Shown: positions 40,280 through 52,960 of the stretch, in pieces
Layout: the number at the start of each line of letters is the position of its first letter
Position numbering within the stretch: the stretch's first letter is position 1
Assembly (NCBI RefSeq): GCF_006345805.1
Contig: NC_043016.1
Coordinates: 11,036,001-11,100,000, forward strand
Source: Octopus sinensis
Taxonomy: Eukaryota
Reading direction: 5' to 3'
Length of the DNA stretch: 64,000 nucleotides
Translations under genes and position numbers: made by a program
Notes under the pieces: model-generated
What the model was told of the DNA's origin: nothing
Database searches by the model: none
The model's input: the letters and a program-made list of their open reading frames with translations, nothing else

Positions 40280-40990
40280 CAAGGCGGTGCCCCTGCATGG
40301 TCACAGTCCAATGACTGGAACAAGTAAAAGATAAAAGATATACTGGGATTGATTTGTTCAACTAAAACCCTTCAAGGTGGTGCCCCAGCATGGCCACAGT
40401 CCAATGACTGGAACAAGTAAAAGATAAAAGATATACTGGGATTGATTTGTTCAACTAAAATCCTTCAAGGTGGTGCCCCAGCATGGCCACAGTCCAGTGA
40501 CAGAAACAAGTAAAAGATAAAAGATATACTGGGATTGATTGTTCAACTAAAACCCTTCAAGGTGATGCCCCAGCATGGCCACAGTCCAATGACTGAAACA
40601 AGTAAAAGATAAAAGATATACTGGGATTGATTTGTTCAACTAAAACCCTTCAAGGTGGTGCCCCGCATGGCCACAGTCCAATGACTGAAACAAGTAAAAG
40701 ATAAAAGATATACTGGGATTGATTTGTTCACTAAAAAACCCTTCAAGGTGGTGCCCCAGCATGGCCACAGTCCAATGACTGGAACAAGTAAAAGATAAAA
40801 GATATACTGGGATTGATTTGTTCAACTAAAACCCTTCAAGGTGGTGCCCCAGCATGGCCACAGTCCAGTGACAGAAACAAGTAAAAGATAAAAGATATAC
40901 TGGGATTGATTTGTTCAACTAAAACCCTTCAAGGTGGTGCCCCAGCATGGCCACAGTCCAATGACTGAAACAAGTAAAGAATAAAAGATA
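40280..40990 (+). repeat. Tandem array of a 92-94-bp unit derived from a SINE 3' end (~7.6 copies)
   Basis: tactgggatt recurs at 40341, 40434, 40527, 40619, 40711, 40805 and 40898. Confidence 0.95.
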
Positions 40991-41610
40991 GTCTTCCACA
41001 CTACTTCAGACACAATTAACCACAGTGTGAACTTCAGCTTGTCAGGGGTTGGATCTGTGGATCTGTGCTATGGATCTGTGGATCATACCTAGAAGTTCAG
41101 CCAACGGTCAAAATTCTCTAGTTCTGCTTAGCCAGAGCTGACCTGGAATTACACAATGACAACAGCAACAACAAAATATGAAGATACTGGTAAATACTGA
41201 TTTCTTCATTTGTAAGAACAGCTACCTTTTTTTTTTTTTTACCTTTTTAGGTAATGGTGAAGCTTATACTTTAGTCCTATATTATTGGTTTGGAATTTTG
41301 GTACAAAACCAATGATTTCAGAGAGGGATGTATGTCAATCTCATTGACTGCCCCCTCCCCCAGCACTCGACTGGTACTTATCTTATCGACCCTGAGAGGC
41401 TAAAAGACAAAGTTGACCCCAGCAGAATTTGAACTCAAAAAATGTAAAGCCAGACAAAGAATACATCGCCTCCCAGTGTTCAAATGGTAGTTATTTTATC
41501 GACCCTGAGAGGATGAAAGGCAAAGTTGATCTCAGCAGAATTTGAAATCTGAGTGTAAAGCCGGACAAAATGCCACAAAGTACTTTGCTCAGCGTCCTAA
41601 TGATTCTGCC

Positions 41611-41997
41611 GTGGAGGCGCAATGGCCCAGTGGTTAGGGCAGCGGACTCGCTGTCATAAGATCGCGGTTTCGATTCCCAGACCGGGCGTTGTGAGTGTTT
41701 ATTGAGCGAAAACACCTAAAAGCTCCACGAGGCTCCGGCAGGGGATGGTGGTGATCCCTGCTGTACTCTTTCACCACAACTTTCTCTCACTCTTACTTCC
41801 TGTTTCTGTTGTACCTGTATTTCAAAGGGCTGGCCTTATCACTCTCTGTGTCACGCTGAATATCCCCGAGAACTGCGTTAAGGGTACACGTGTCTGTGGA
41901 GTGCTCAGCCACTTACACGTTAATTTCACGAGCAGGCTGTTCCGTTGATCGGATCAACCGGAACCCTCATCGCCGTAACCGACGGAGTGCTTCCACC
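41611..41997 (+). mobile_element. Young tRNA-derived SINE of a distinct family, inserted in an older SINE
   Basis: A box tggcccagtgg and B box ggtttcgattccc. CpG-rich body. 12-bp TSD aatgattctgcc at 41599-41610 and 41998-42009. Confidence 0.9.
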
Positions 41998-42680
41998 AAT
42001 GATTCTGCCAGCTTGCCGCCTTATTTTGATCCGTTATTATTAGCAGATAAATCAAGATGGCAAGCTGGTGGAATAGTTAGCACACCAGGCAACATACTTA
42101 ATGGCATTTCACTTGTCCTTGTGTTCTGAGTTCAAATCCCACCAAGGTTGACTTTGCCTTTCATCTTTTTGGGGGTTGATAAATTAAGTACCAGTCATGC
42201 ACTGGGGTCTATGAAATTAACTAGCCCCTCCCCTAAAGTTTCAGGCCTTGTACCTATAGTACAAAGGATTATAAGCAGATAGAAAGGTAGGAAAGTGACA
42301 GAAATATTACCATGCTGGAGAAAAAGTTTTGCAGCTTTTCATTCATCTTCACGTTCTGAGTTCAAATTATGTACCACTTTTCTATCTGCTAATAATCCTT
42401 TCTACAATAGGTACAAGGCCTGAAACTTTAGGGAAGCTGGGGCTGGTCAATTTCATCAACCCCAGTGCATGACTAGTACTTAATTTATCGACCTCAAAAA
42501 GAGGAAAGGTGGAATTTGAACTCAGAACATAAGGACTATTCTACCAAGGTCAACTTTGACTTTCATCCTTTTTTGTGGGGGAGGGGGTCTGTTAAATAAG
42601 TAATGGTTGAGTACTGAGGTCAGTGTAATCAACTAATCCACTCAACCCAAATTTCAAGCCTTGAGCTTCTAATAGAGAGG

Positions 42681-43030
42681 ACTAGCAGTATCGCCTGGCG
42701 TTGCTCGAATTTGCTTCAACCCTTTAGAACTGAAATTTTTGAAAAGTAAAAATTTTGCATTATGTAGCTTGTTATTCTCTTTAAGTGAACATTTTTCCGG
42801 TTGAAATACACTGTAAAATGGCGACACGGCAGTCAAAAAATCGTAAAAAAAAGGACCTTTTTGATGTAAATAATTTTTGGTGTTAACATGGTCCAATTTG
42901 AAGAGCAAGCCTTCTTTTATCATACTCTCAATTTTGGTCAACTTGCGCCACAGGGTCTTGGAGGAGATAGTGTTAGTTGAAGGCTACCAAACTTGCCATA
43001 CACAGACAACTTCAGCTTTATATATATAGA
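42681..43030 (+). mobile_element. Probable DINE-1/Helentron-like short element
   Basis: 5' actagcagtatcgcctggcgttgctcg and 3' cagacaacttcagctttatatatataga. Confidence 0.45.
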
Positions 43031-43442
43031 AATTACCAGCTGATAGAGTCGACTCCAGCTTGATTTTGATCTCAGAACGTAGACACCCGAAACTAAAACA
43101 TTTACAGCATTTATTCCAATACCACACTTTCCACCCTGGCATAGCATGTGCCTTCAGGTATTACAACAGAAGATAAACATTGCGTGCAACAAGCTTGGTT
43201 TTGATGCAAAGCTCCACCTGGTGAGCAGCATACAAACTAGAACATTCTTTTATTTAGTGAATACATAAAATTTATTTACATATAGATGTTATCTTAGCAC
43301 ATGTGAAACATATGGGGGGAAAAATAAGATACAGAAAAGCATTTCTGCCAAGTATCATTTTGAACTGGGAAAAATTCTTCTTTAGAAAATTATTGTTCAA
43401 CTAAATAATGACTATAATTAGTGTTAGCTTCAGTATTGTTCA

Positions 43443-43495
<53 letters not shown>

Positions 43496-43563
43496 CACAC
43501 ACACATATATGTATATATATATATGTGTGTGTGTGTATCTATATATATATATATATATATGTA

Positions 43564-43625
<62 letters not shown>

Positions 43626-44616
43626 GTATATATATAATATATATATATTTATATATTCTGAAATAGGTGCTATTTTTTTCCAAGTTCTAACAAAGTAAAA
43701 GCAACTTAAGGTTACTCTTTTACTCTTTTAGTCTTTTACTTGTTTCAGTCATTTGACTGTAGTCATGCTGGAGCACTGCCTTTACTCGAGCAAATCAACC
43801 CCAGGACTTACGGGGACGTAAACACACCAGCATCGGTTGTCAAGCGATGTTGAGGGGACAAACACAGACACACAAACAAATACACGCACACATATATATA
43901 TATAGGGAGAGAATTCATGAAAAAACTAAAGACAAAGACAGGTGGTGTAGAAAACAAACAGATGTATTAGTATAATGCTCGGTAATTGAAAAAGTTTTTT
44001 ACGGTTCGAGCCTATGCTCTTCCACAGAAAGAAACACAGAAAGAAACAAGGAGAGATAAAAATGTGTATAGTGGCTAGCGATCTATATATATATATACGA
44101 TGGGCTTCTTTCAGTTTCCATTTACCAAATCCCCTCACAAGGCTTTAGTCGACCTGAGGCTATAGTAGAAAACACTTGTCCAAGGTGCCATGCAGTGGGA
44201 CTGAACCCGGAACCATGTGGTTGGTAAGCAAGCTACTTACCACACAGCCACTCCTGTGCCTAGCAATGTGTATATGAAATAAAACTCCAGCATCTGTCTC
44301 CTCATGTGATGCCATATTTCACTGAATCTGCTGTGCTTTTGTGAAGTTATCATCTTTGCATTCACATACTGTATCATTTCTCAAATGTTTCTCACTTGTT
44401 AGCATACAAGGATATTTCGATGATCATCCGATAAACAATATCTATTAGTAAGAGTTGTTTGATTAAAATAAAAATATAAAAGAAAAGAAATAGAAATAGA
44501 AAAAGGAAAAGAAAGGAAACATTTTTATATCAGAATTTTCTCTGTTTCCTCTGTTAGAAGAGTGTTTATATTAAAAGCAATCAAGCTAACATAACTGTTA
44601 CTTTCTTCCCTTTCAG

Positions 44617-44643
44617 CCTGACACTTATTCCTTCAAATTCGTT
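44617..44643 (+). other. Candidate 27-nt microexon, possibly a 5' exon of gene B
   Basis: Branch-point-like gctaac at 44585-44590, pyrimidine tract ctttcttccctttcag, exon cctgacacttattccttcaaattcgtt (PDTYSFKFV), then a consensus donor GTAAGT at 44644. It lies in unique sequence. Confidence 0.4.
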
Positions 44644-45879
44644 GTAAGTATTTATTCTCAAAGAAGGAAACCTGTTTAATAGAGCAGTTTCCTCAGCAAA
44701 ACAATGGAAACATTAAAATAAATTAACAGTTCCAAGTTACTCCACAGAATAAGATGTTTTATCGTTTAGTTTCAAGATTGCATTAAAATCCATTATTGGT
44801 TGTTGAAAAGAACATTTGTCAATAACGATGTCCTGACATTGAAACTTAACAGCTTACTTAATCTTTAATACCATTAAATTACATATAGGTGGGACTCAAA
44901 TAATGTTGGTTGATCGAATGACGCATCTAGTGTTAAAAAAAAAAAAAAAAAACTACCAGAATAGAAAAAAAAAATTAGAAAATGGTAGCAGTGAGTAAAA
45001 AAGGAAACTTGTATGTAAGAGACAAGGAAAATAGTTCATTCACAGTTGCCATTTCAACCACCTTCAAATTAAAAACTGCCCACTGGCAAAACATCTAAAA
45101 ACCTATTTGAAAATAAAATAAAATGTTTAATCCTTAAAACCAGAATGAATAAACAGGTAATTTAATGTTTTGTTGTATGTTGGGAGGGTGATTATGTCAA
45201 TACTAAATAAACAGAAGCACTGGTTTGATTTCACTTCTTTATTATTCGTTTTAATTACTATGAGGCCTGAAGCTGAGCTGGTGCAAAAAGAGCATGTTAC
45301 TGAAGAGGTCATGAATGCTGATGAAAGAACTTTGACTAATAAAACTAACTAATTAACTGAATGATTAATCAAATATTTAATTAGTTAGTTGGGTAAATAA
45401 TTGATATATAGACAGTTGAAGTGAAATAGAATCCATATGTGTGTTTATTGTTATTGGTATAATGGCCCTCCCAAGATACTACAAAATGTGTTTCAATACA
45501 CAAATTCACATCAAGAATCTTGCAAACAATAAAAAAGCAAAGTAATTAAATGCAAATTAGATAATTATGAATTTGTGAAATTAAAGATTCAGTTGTTTTT
45601 TTTGTTGTACTGATTTTATCAGTACAGATTTGTTGCCATAAGTTCTTATGCACTGGCAAATCCCTTCTGGTGCTAAAGAAACATTCCTTGACCCTACTCT
45701 ATGTCACCAAGGGAAACTAAAGAACAATGTATCAGGACAACTGCTTTGGTGACAAAGCTAAAGTATGCAGTCACTTGACACAGATTGATCTTGAACTCTG
45801 TCGTTCAGGTGCACCAAGTTATAAGGTTCTTGCTCCCTTCTGTTGCCTGTAGCAGTGCTTGGAAGTAAAGTGTGTGGAG

Positions 45880-46670
45880 TGTGGTCGTCTCAAAAAGAAG
45901 ATTGGGCTTTAGCAGTTGCACAGGATCTCTTTGATTGTACTGAGGAAGACAAAAGCTTTTTGAAAATGGTTATAACAGATGAAGAATCATGTGTCTATGG
46001 CTATAAACCCCAAAATCAAAGTTTAAAAGGAATCCCACTTGAAAGGAACAAGGTTTCAAGATGACAAGGGAATTCAAGAGAATGTGACAAGGCAGCTGCT
46101 TGGTACCCCCCCCCCATAAAAGAGTCCCAGGAATACTTCCATCCATGGAAATAACGCTGGATAAGGTGTGTCATTTTAGAAGGGGACTATTTTGAAGAAA
46201 ATTAAATGCCAAATTGGTACATGTCGCACAGGTGGCACGTAAAAAACACCATTCGAGTGTGATCATTACCAGTGTCACCTAACTGGCACTTGTGCCAGTG
46301 GCACGTGAAAAAAAACATTTGAGTGAGGTTGTTGCCAGTGCCACTGGACTGGCTCCTGTGCAGGTGGCATGTAAAAAACACCATTTGAGTGTGGCTGTTG
46401 CCAGTACCGCCTGACTGGTCCTTGTGTCGGTGGCACGTAAAAGCACCCACTACATTCTCGGAGTTGTTGGCGTTAGGAAGGGCATCCAGCTGTAGAAGCT
46501 CTGCCAGATCAGATTGGAGCCTGGGCCAGTCATCTGGCTTGCCAGTTCTCAGTCAAATCGTCCAACCCATGCCAGCATGGAAAGCGGACATTAAACAACG
46601 ATGATGATGATGATGATGATGTTTTTTCTTTTTATAGCACCAGTTCTGATATGTTTTGATTAGGCCTCGT
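45880..46670 (+). pseudogene. Second decayed mariner fragment, interrupted by an RTE-tail element (about 46218-46621)
   Basis: VAQDLFDCTEEDKSFLKMVITDEESCVYGYKP (ITGDETW-like), LKGTRF and W..RW..C....GDYFE. TIR-like end ttttgattaggcctcgTA. Confidence 0.7.
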
Positions 46671-47989
46671 ATTCATAAAATATAGAACAATATACCAATG
46701 CTAAAGCTACCCTAATACAATGGAATCTCACATTAATATCAATGCATATACACCAAAATGTATATGATAAATAGGATAACCTACTCGTTATCTCAATAGG
46801 CAAATTGGTTAAACATTACATTTCACAGAGAAGCATATTCCTAATGTAATTCTTGTTTGAAAACAGTAGAGGAACACTTAACAAGAATGTATCACTTAAT
46901 CTCACAAACCAAATAAAAGGGTAAAAAATCCCTTTCAGTCATGAATGACCATGGGATTGCACCTAGAAAGTTCCCCTTCCGAGGCACAAGCCTGGGTAAG
47001 GTTGTTTATGGAAGACCAGCAATCACCCATGCATTTTTTTCTTTTTTGGTGTGGATCCCAAAAAAATAAATCCAGGTTTGGATCTAATCCAGATTTTAAA
47101 AAGGTTGAGAATGGGTTAGTCCATCATCATCATCATCATCATCATTCAACATCCATTTTCCATGCTGGCATGGGTTGGACGGTTTGACTGACACCAACAT
47201 CAGCCTGACACTGACATTGGCCACGACTATGGTCTCACTTGGTTTGACAGGTCTACACAAGCATGGTATATCACCAAAGGTCTTGGTCACCTGTCACTGC
47301 CTCCATGAGGTCCAACACTCAATTGGTGCTTTTTACAAGTCACCATCATGTGTGCCCAGCCAGACAGCACTGGCATAGGCCATGACTATGATTTCACTCA
47401 GCTTGATGTGTCTTCACAAACATATCACCCAATGTTTGAAGGGTGCTTTTAATGGGCCACTTATGTGAGACTGGCATCAGCCACAATTACAATTTCACTC
47501 AGCTTCACAAGTCTTTACATCTTTTCTTCACATAAATTTTGCAAAGTATTTGCAGACATTTTCTTTTTATATCCATAAGCACAGGACATGGCTGTGTGGT
47601 CAAGAATTTTATTTGGTAGTGAGCTGGCAGAAATATTAGCACGCTGGGAGAAATGCGTACCTGTATTTCATCTGCTGCTACATTCTGAGTCCAAATTCTG
47701 CTGAGGTCAACTTTGCCTTTCATCCTTTCGGGGTCGATTAAATAAGTACAAGTTATGCACTGCGGTCGATATAATCGACTTAATCTGTTTGTCTGTCTTT
47801 GTTTCTTCCCTCTGTGTTTAGCCCCTTGTGGGCAATAAAGGCATAAGAAGTTTATTTTCCCATCATGTGGTCTCAAATTCAGTCCCAAGGCATGGCACCC
47901 AATGCATGGCATCTTGGGCTTGTTCTGTGACCACAGTTGATTCGGATGTCAGAAACTGGAAAAAATCTTGTCGTATGTATAAATACATA

Positions 47990-48201
47990 TGAGGGGCTGC
48001 TGAAAAGTTCCTGGCTTTAAGAACATCACAGAAAGCCTGGTTGGAGGCCCAAACTTCGAGTTCTTTTACAGGGCTTAGAAAAGCTGAAGGACCACTGCAA
48101 TAAATGTATGAATCTGAGAGGGGAATATGTTGAATAAAATCATTATTAACTGATCCTTCTGTATTTTCTTTTGCGTGAAGCCAGGAACTTTTCAGCACCC
48201 A

Positions 48202-48240
<39 letters not shown>

Positions 48241-48452
48241 AGGTGTTGAAAAGTTCCTGGCTTTAAAGGTATCACAAAAGACCTGGTTGGGGGCTCAACC
48301 ATCTGAGTTCTTTTATAGAGCTTAGAAAAACTGAAGGACCGCTGCAATAAGTATGTGAATCTGAGAGGGGAGTATATTGAATACGATCACAATTAACTGA
48401 TCCTACTGTATTTTCTTTTACCCAAAGCCAGGAACTTTTCAGCACCCCCTTG
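47990..48452. mobile_element. Two tandem mariner-type MITEs separated by (TA)n
   Basis: ~28-bp TIRs gaggggctgctgaaaagttcctggcttt / aagccaggaacttttcagcacccc at 47990-48205 and 48238-48452, in TA context. Confidence 0.8.
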
Positions 48453-48701
48453 AATGTGTGTGTGCATGGGTGTTGATGTGTTTGTGTGCATGTGCACATG
48501 TGTGAAAGTATGTGACTTGGTGGTTAGGTGTTGCACACTTGATTGAAAGATCACAGTTTCAATTCCCAGTGCCATGTTATGTTGTGTTCTTGAGCAAGAC
48601 ACTTCATTTCACATTGCTCCAGTCCACTCAGCTGGCATCATTTGAGAGCTATAACTGTCTTAGAAAATGCTTTGTTACAAGCAGTGTATAACAAGTCAAT
48701 A

Positions 48702-48742
<41 letters not shown>

Positions 48743-48794
48743 GATATATATACATACATACATATATACATACACACACAAACACACACACACA

Positions 48795-49145
48795 CACCTT
48801 TTCTGTGTGCACAGTTTGTAACAGACCATGCCTTTCCTTTGCTGGGCTCAAATCTCATTTGCAAACCCATGGAAAATGACCCTCCACCGATTATTCTGCT
48901 TATTTATCTGTGCACACCTTTCAATGCTGTGTATGCCAGAAGGTCTGCAAATTTAACAGAGGCTTCAAAAGACATTTTTAAGATACACAAAGATCAGAAC
49001 TTAACTGCAGCTCTTGGTGGTCCAAATCGGATATGCAATCTATGTGGGTGTCTTTTCAAAACATTGTTTAGTTTAAAAGCCTCATCAGACGCCATGATGG
49101 ATATAAGATGTAGGTACAGGAGATGGTCAGTCTCTGAATAAGGAG
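48795..49145 (+). mobile_element. Probable RTE-BovB-like 3' remnant with a C2H2 motif
   Basis: CTVCNRPCLSFAGLKSHLQTHGK* plus a second, degenerate CNLC motif. No splice signals. Confidence 0.4.
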
Positions 49146-49173
49146 TAGACAACCACCATAAATATATACACAC

Positions 49174-49206
<33 letters not shown>

Positions 49207-49560
49207 AATTTAAAATAATAACGGTGAAAAATTAAATATTAATTTGATTAATATCAATTTAAAACCAGTGGTCTAGCATATTAAAATCTGAAGATTCAGA
49301 AAAATTATATTACATACATATAAGTGGGATGACCACTAAGTGGATATCCATTATGCTAGAAGTAGATCCACTATGGTCTTACCTCTAAGAAAGGAATGTT
49401 CTAAAGAAAAATTTAGCAAACACCAAAATGTAAGCGAGCAAGACAAAGGAAAAGAAACAAAATATAAATTAATTTCAATCCAGTTTCGCTATTACCACTT
49501 ATGTAATTACTTATGTAATTGTCTGTAGCTCGTTAGTATGATCGTCTTTGCAAATATAAT

Positions 49561-49924
49561 TTGCAGAACTATGCACAAAACGTCTGCATGAGATTGAACA
49601 TGTATACAGTTCTACCAATTACACTTGGGGTTATTTTTCAAAAGTCTTCATTTTGGCACACTAAAATACCGGAAATAATTCTGCAGAAAATAATTCTCTG
49701 CAGTGAACTAATATTCAGTTTTTCACCCTTATTATTTTAAATTTAAATTTAAATAGCTATGTTTTCTAACTGGCAAAATTCACTGCAGAGAATTATTTTT
49801 TGTAGTATTATTTTTGGTATTTTAGCATGCCAAATCAAAGACATTTGAAAGATAACCCCAAGTATAATTGGTAGAACTGTATACATATTCAATCTCTGTG
49901 GACTTCTTGTGTATAGTTCTGCAA
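49561..49924. repeat. Inverted repeat with ~146-bp arms and a ~70-bp spacer
   Basis: 49561-49707 matches the reverse complement of 49779-49924. Confidence 0.85.
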
Positions 49925-51241
49925 TATGCACTTTTTGATTTATTTCTTTATTTCTATCAAACAAAAAACAGGCGCAAGAGTGGCTATAAGCACAGGAGTG
50001 GCTGTGTGGCAAGTAGCTTGCTCACCAACCACATGATTCTGGGTTCAGTCCTACTGTGTGACACCTTGGGCAAGTATCTTCTACTATAACCTTGGGCCGA
50101 CTAAAGCCTTGTGAGTGGATTTGGTAGACGGAAACTGAAAGAAGCCCGTCCTGTATGTGTGTGTGCCTTTGTGTCTATGTTTGTCCCCCACTAATGCTCA
50201 ACAGCCAGTATTAGTTTGTTTACATCCCCATAACATATCAGTTTGGCAAAATGGTCAAATTGAATAAGTATGAAGTTTAAAAAATATGCATTGGGATCAA
50301 TTCATTCAACTAAAAATTCCTCCAGGTGGTGCCCCAGCATGGCCACAGTAAACAAGTAACAGATAGTATATATATATATATTATATATATATATATGTAT
50401 GTGTATACATATATGTATGTATATATATATATATATATATAATATATATATATATATAGTTAAAAGAAGAAAAGAAAATGGAGATAAGGAAGTTAACAAT
50501 TATTTATTATTAATAAATTGGTCATCTTTGCTTCTTACAGCTGTTTCAATTAATGCTCTATAATTTAATTACAAATTTATACATTATATATGCATTTATG
50601 TGACATGAGCATAATTCTAGCAGAGAGAAAAAAAAAGATGTACCTTGGGATGTTACGTGTGGACCTATCAATTCATTTCGGCAGACTAAATATTACAGTT
50701 TATGTTTTGTATTATTATATGCTCAGGTGAAGGGTTTACAGACTGATTAGAATATGATTGGGGATAAAGTAAAGTAAATAAATCTAGAACAAATTAAATT
50801 AATTGCATATCACTGATATGTAATTAATTTAAATTAACTTAATTTAATTTCATCAAATTAATTTTAATAAATCTAAAACAACAAATTAAGTACAAATAGA
50901 CATGATTGAGGAAAGATAAACATGAATAAGGTAGGAGTGGCTGTGTGGTAAGTAGCTCATTTACCAACCACATGGTTCTGGGTTCAGTCCCACTGCATGG
51001 TACCTTGGGCAATTTTTTTCTACTATAGCTTTGGACCGATGAAAGCCTTGTAAGTGGATTTGGTAAACAGAACTGAAAGAAGCCTGTCGTATATATATAT
51101 AAATATATATATACACACACATATACATTATATATACACATATACATATATATATATGCATATATATATATATATAAATATAATATTTGCTTTCGTATTT
51201 CATGTTGTTTATGGTTTGTGATGTCCTGTACCCATATATGC

Positions 51242-51307
<66 letters not shown>

Positions 51308-51887
51308 TCTTCAAAGGCAGTTGCCCCAACAAAAGCCAAAATAAAATTGGGATTTATGACGAGTCGTATGTATGTATGAATTTGTCTGTCTGTTTGTCAC
51401 TCCACCATCGCTTGACAACCAATGTTGGTGTGTTTACATCCCCGTAACTTAGTAGTTCAGCAAAAAAGACTGATAGAATAAGTACTAGGCTTACAAAGAA
51501 TAAGTTCTAGAGTCGATTTGTTCGACTAAAGGCGGTTCTCCAGCATGGCCACAATCAGATGACTGAAACAAGTAAAAGAATAAAAGAATATGTATATATA
51601 TATATATATATATACTTGTGGGTCCAATTGGTGATTGATAATGTATTGATTTTCACTGCTAGTACTTTTAACTTCTTCCTTGGAGTTACTGGTGCCTTTT
51701 GGTTACTCTCAAAGTATTTTGGCATTTGTTATTTTCTCCTATGGGAAAAATGTTCTTATGTTGCCAACAAATGTGTTAAAGATTAGCAGAAAATGTTAGA
51801 AACCTGGAAGAATTTACAAGAAACAGAAATAAAAAAAAAATAAAAAAAGAAAACAACTGCATCTGTGAAAGCTTGGCAAAGCTTAAT

Positions 51888-52285
51888 AGTAGTAGTAACA
51901 GTGGTGGTGGTGGTATTGTTGGTGGTGGCGGTTATGGTGGTGATGGTGGCGGTGATGGTGGCGGTGGTGTTGTTGGTGGTGGTTATGGTGATGGTGGTGG
52001 TGGTGGTTATGGTGATGGTGATGGTGGTGGTGGTGGTGGTGGTGGTGGTTATGGTGGTGATGGTGGTGGTGTGGTGGTGGTGGTGGTGGTTGTGGTGGTG
52101 GTGGTGGTGGTTATGGTGGTGATGGTGGTGGTTGTGGTGGTGGTGGTGGTGGTTGTGGTGGTGGTGGTGGTGGTTATGGTGGTGGTTATGGTGGTGATGG
52201 TGGTGGTTGTGGTGGTTGTGGTGGTGGTTGTGGTGGTGGTGGTGGTGGTTATGGTGGTGGGGCTGTGGTTATGGTGGTGGTAGTG
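51888..52285. repeat. (GGT)n-rich trinucleotide tract
   Basis: Direct reading. Confidence 0.95.
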
Positions 52286-52730
52286 GCGGCGATGGTGGGC
52301 ATGGGGGGTGGGGGTGACAGCAGCAGTAATAGATGTTGTAACAGACAATGCAGGAAAAAAAAAAACCCAAAACTAAAAGGTGAGTTTTTTTTTCTTTTAG
52401 TCATTTTTAATGGACCAAAAAAAAATTAAATAATTAAAAGTGGTGACCATGATGCCATTTCATGGCCTTCAAAACTGGAAGAACTGAAGAGAGGAGGATA
52501 GTACCTTCGAACATGAGATCTGATCTGACCACTTACAACAAATTTCCCTAAAGCCACCCAAGGATTAGGTGGTTGAGATAAAATTAAACCAGGCAATGGA
52601 GAGACATAAATGTTTTCTACTCTTTTGTTTTTAGCTACTGGAGATAAGGCTGGACAATGGTCATGTTGATGACTGCTTTTAGGTAGGATTTAGACTTAGA
52701 ATATAAAGGGCAGTAACAAAATTTGATGCT

Positions 52731-52960
52731 TTAACCCTTTCGTTACTGTATTTATTTTGAGATGCTCTGTGTTTCTTTCAATTAATTTAAAATATAACAA
52801 AGAATTTAGTAAAATAATTTAGTTATCATTAAGCTAGTGTTAGGAACATAAATTGTGACTAAGGTTTGATGGAAGATTTTAATTCAAAACTTATGGAAAC
52901 AAGACATTTGTACTACAGAGTCAGAGCCAGTTTCAGCCAGGTTGGTAATGAAAGGGTCAA
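52731..52960. mobile_element. piggyBac-type MITE family 1 copy
   Basis: ttaaccctttcgttac...gtaatgaaagggtcaa. Confidence 0.8.

Noticed and set aside
40280-40990. CRISPR-like regular array
   Set aside because: The units are contiguous near-identical SINE-derived copies with no unique spacers, no cas genes are present, and the context is eukaryotic.
41611-41690. tRNA gene (similar heads near 3167 and 56990)
   Set aside because: A and B boxes are present, but each head continues into a SINE body (with a TSD at 41611) and no clean cloverleaf is evident.
45170-45352. Short ORF ending MRPEAELVQKEHVTEEVMNADERTL
   Set aside because: No splice signals or recognisable homology; cannot be supported from the sequence alone.
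48805-48879. Host C2H2 zinc-finger gene
   Set aside because: A single finger ending at a stop, with no TGEKP linkers or splice sites; better explained as a LINE C-terminus.
51865-52348. Gly-rich GGY and Val-rich ORFs
   Set aside because: (GGT)n microsatellite with multiple open frames.
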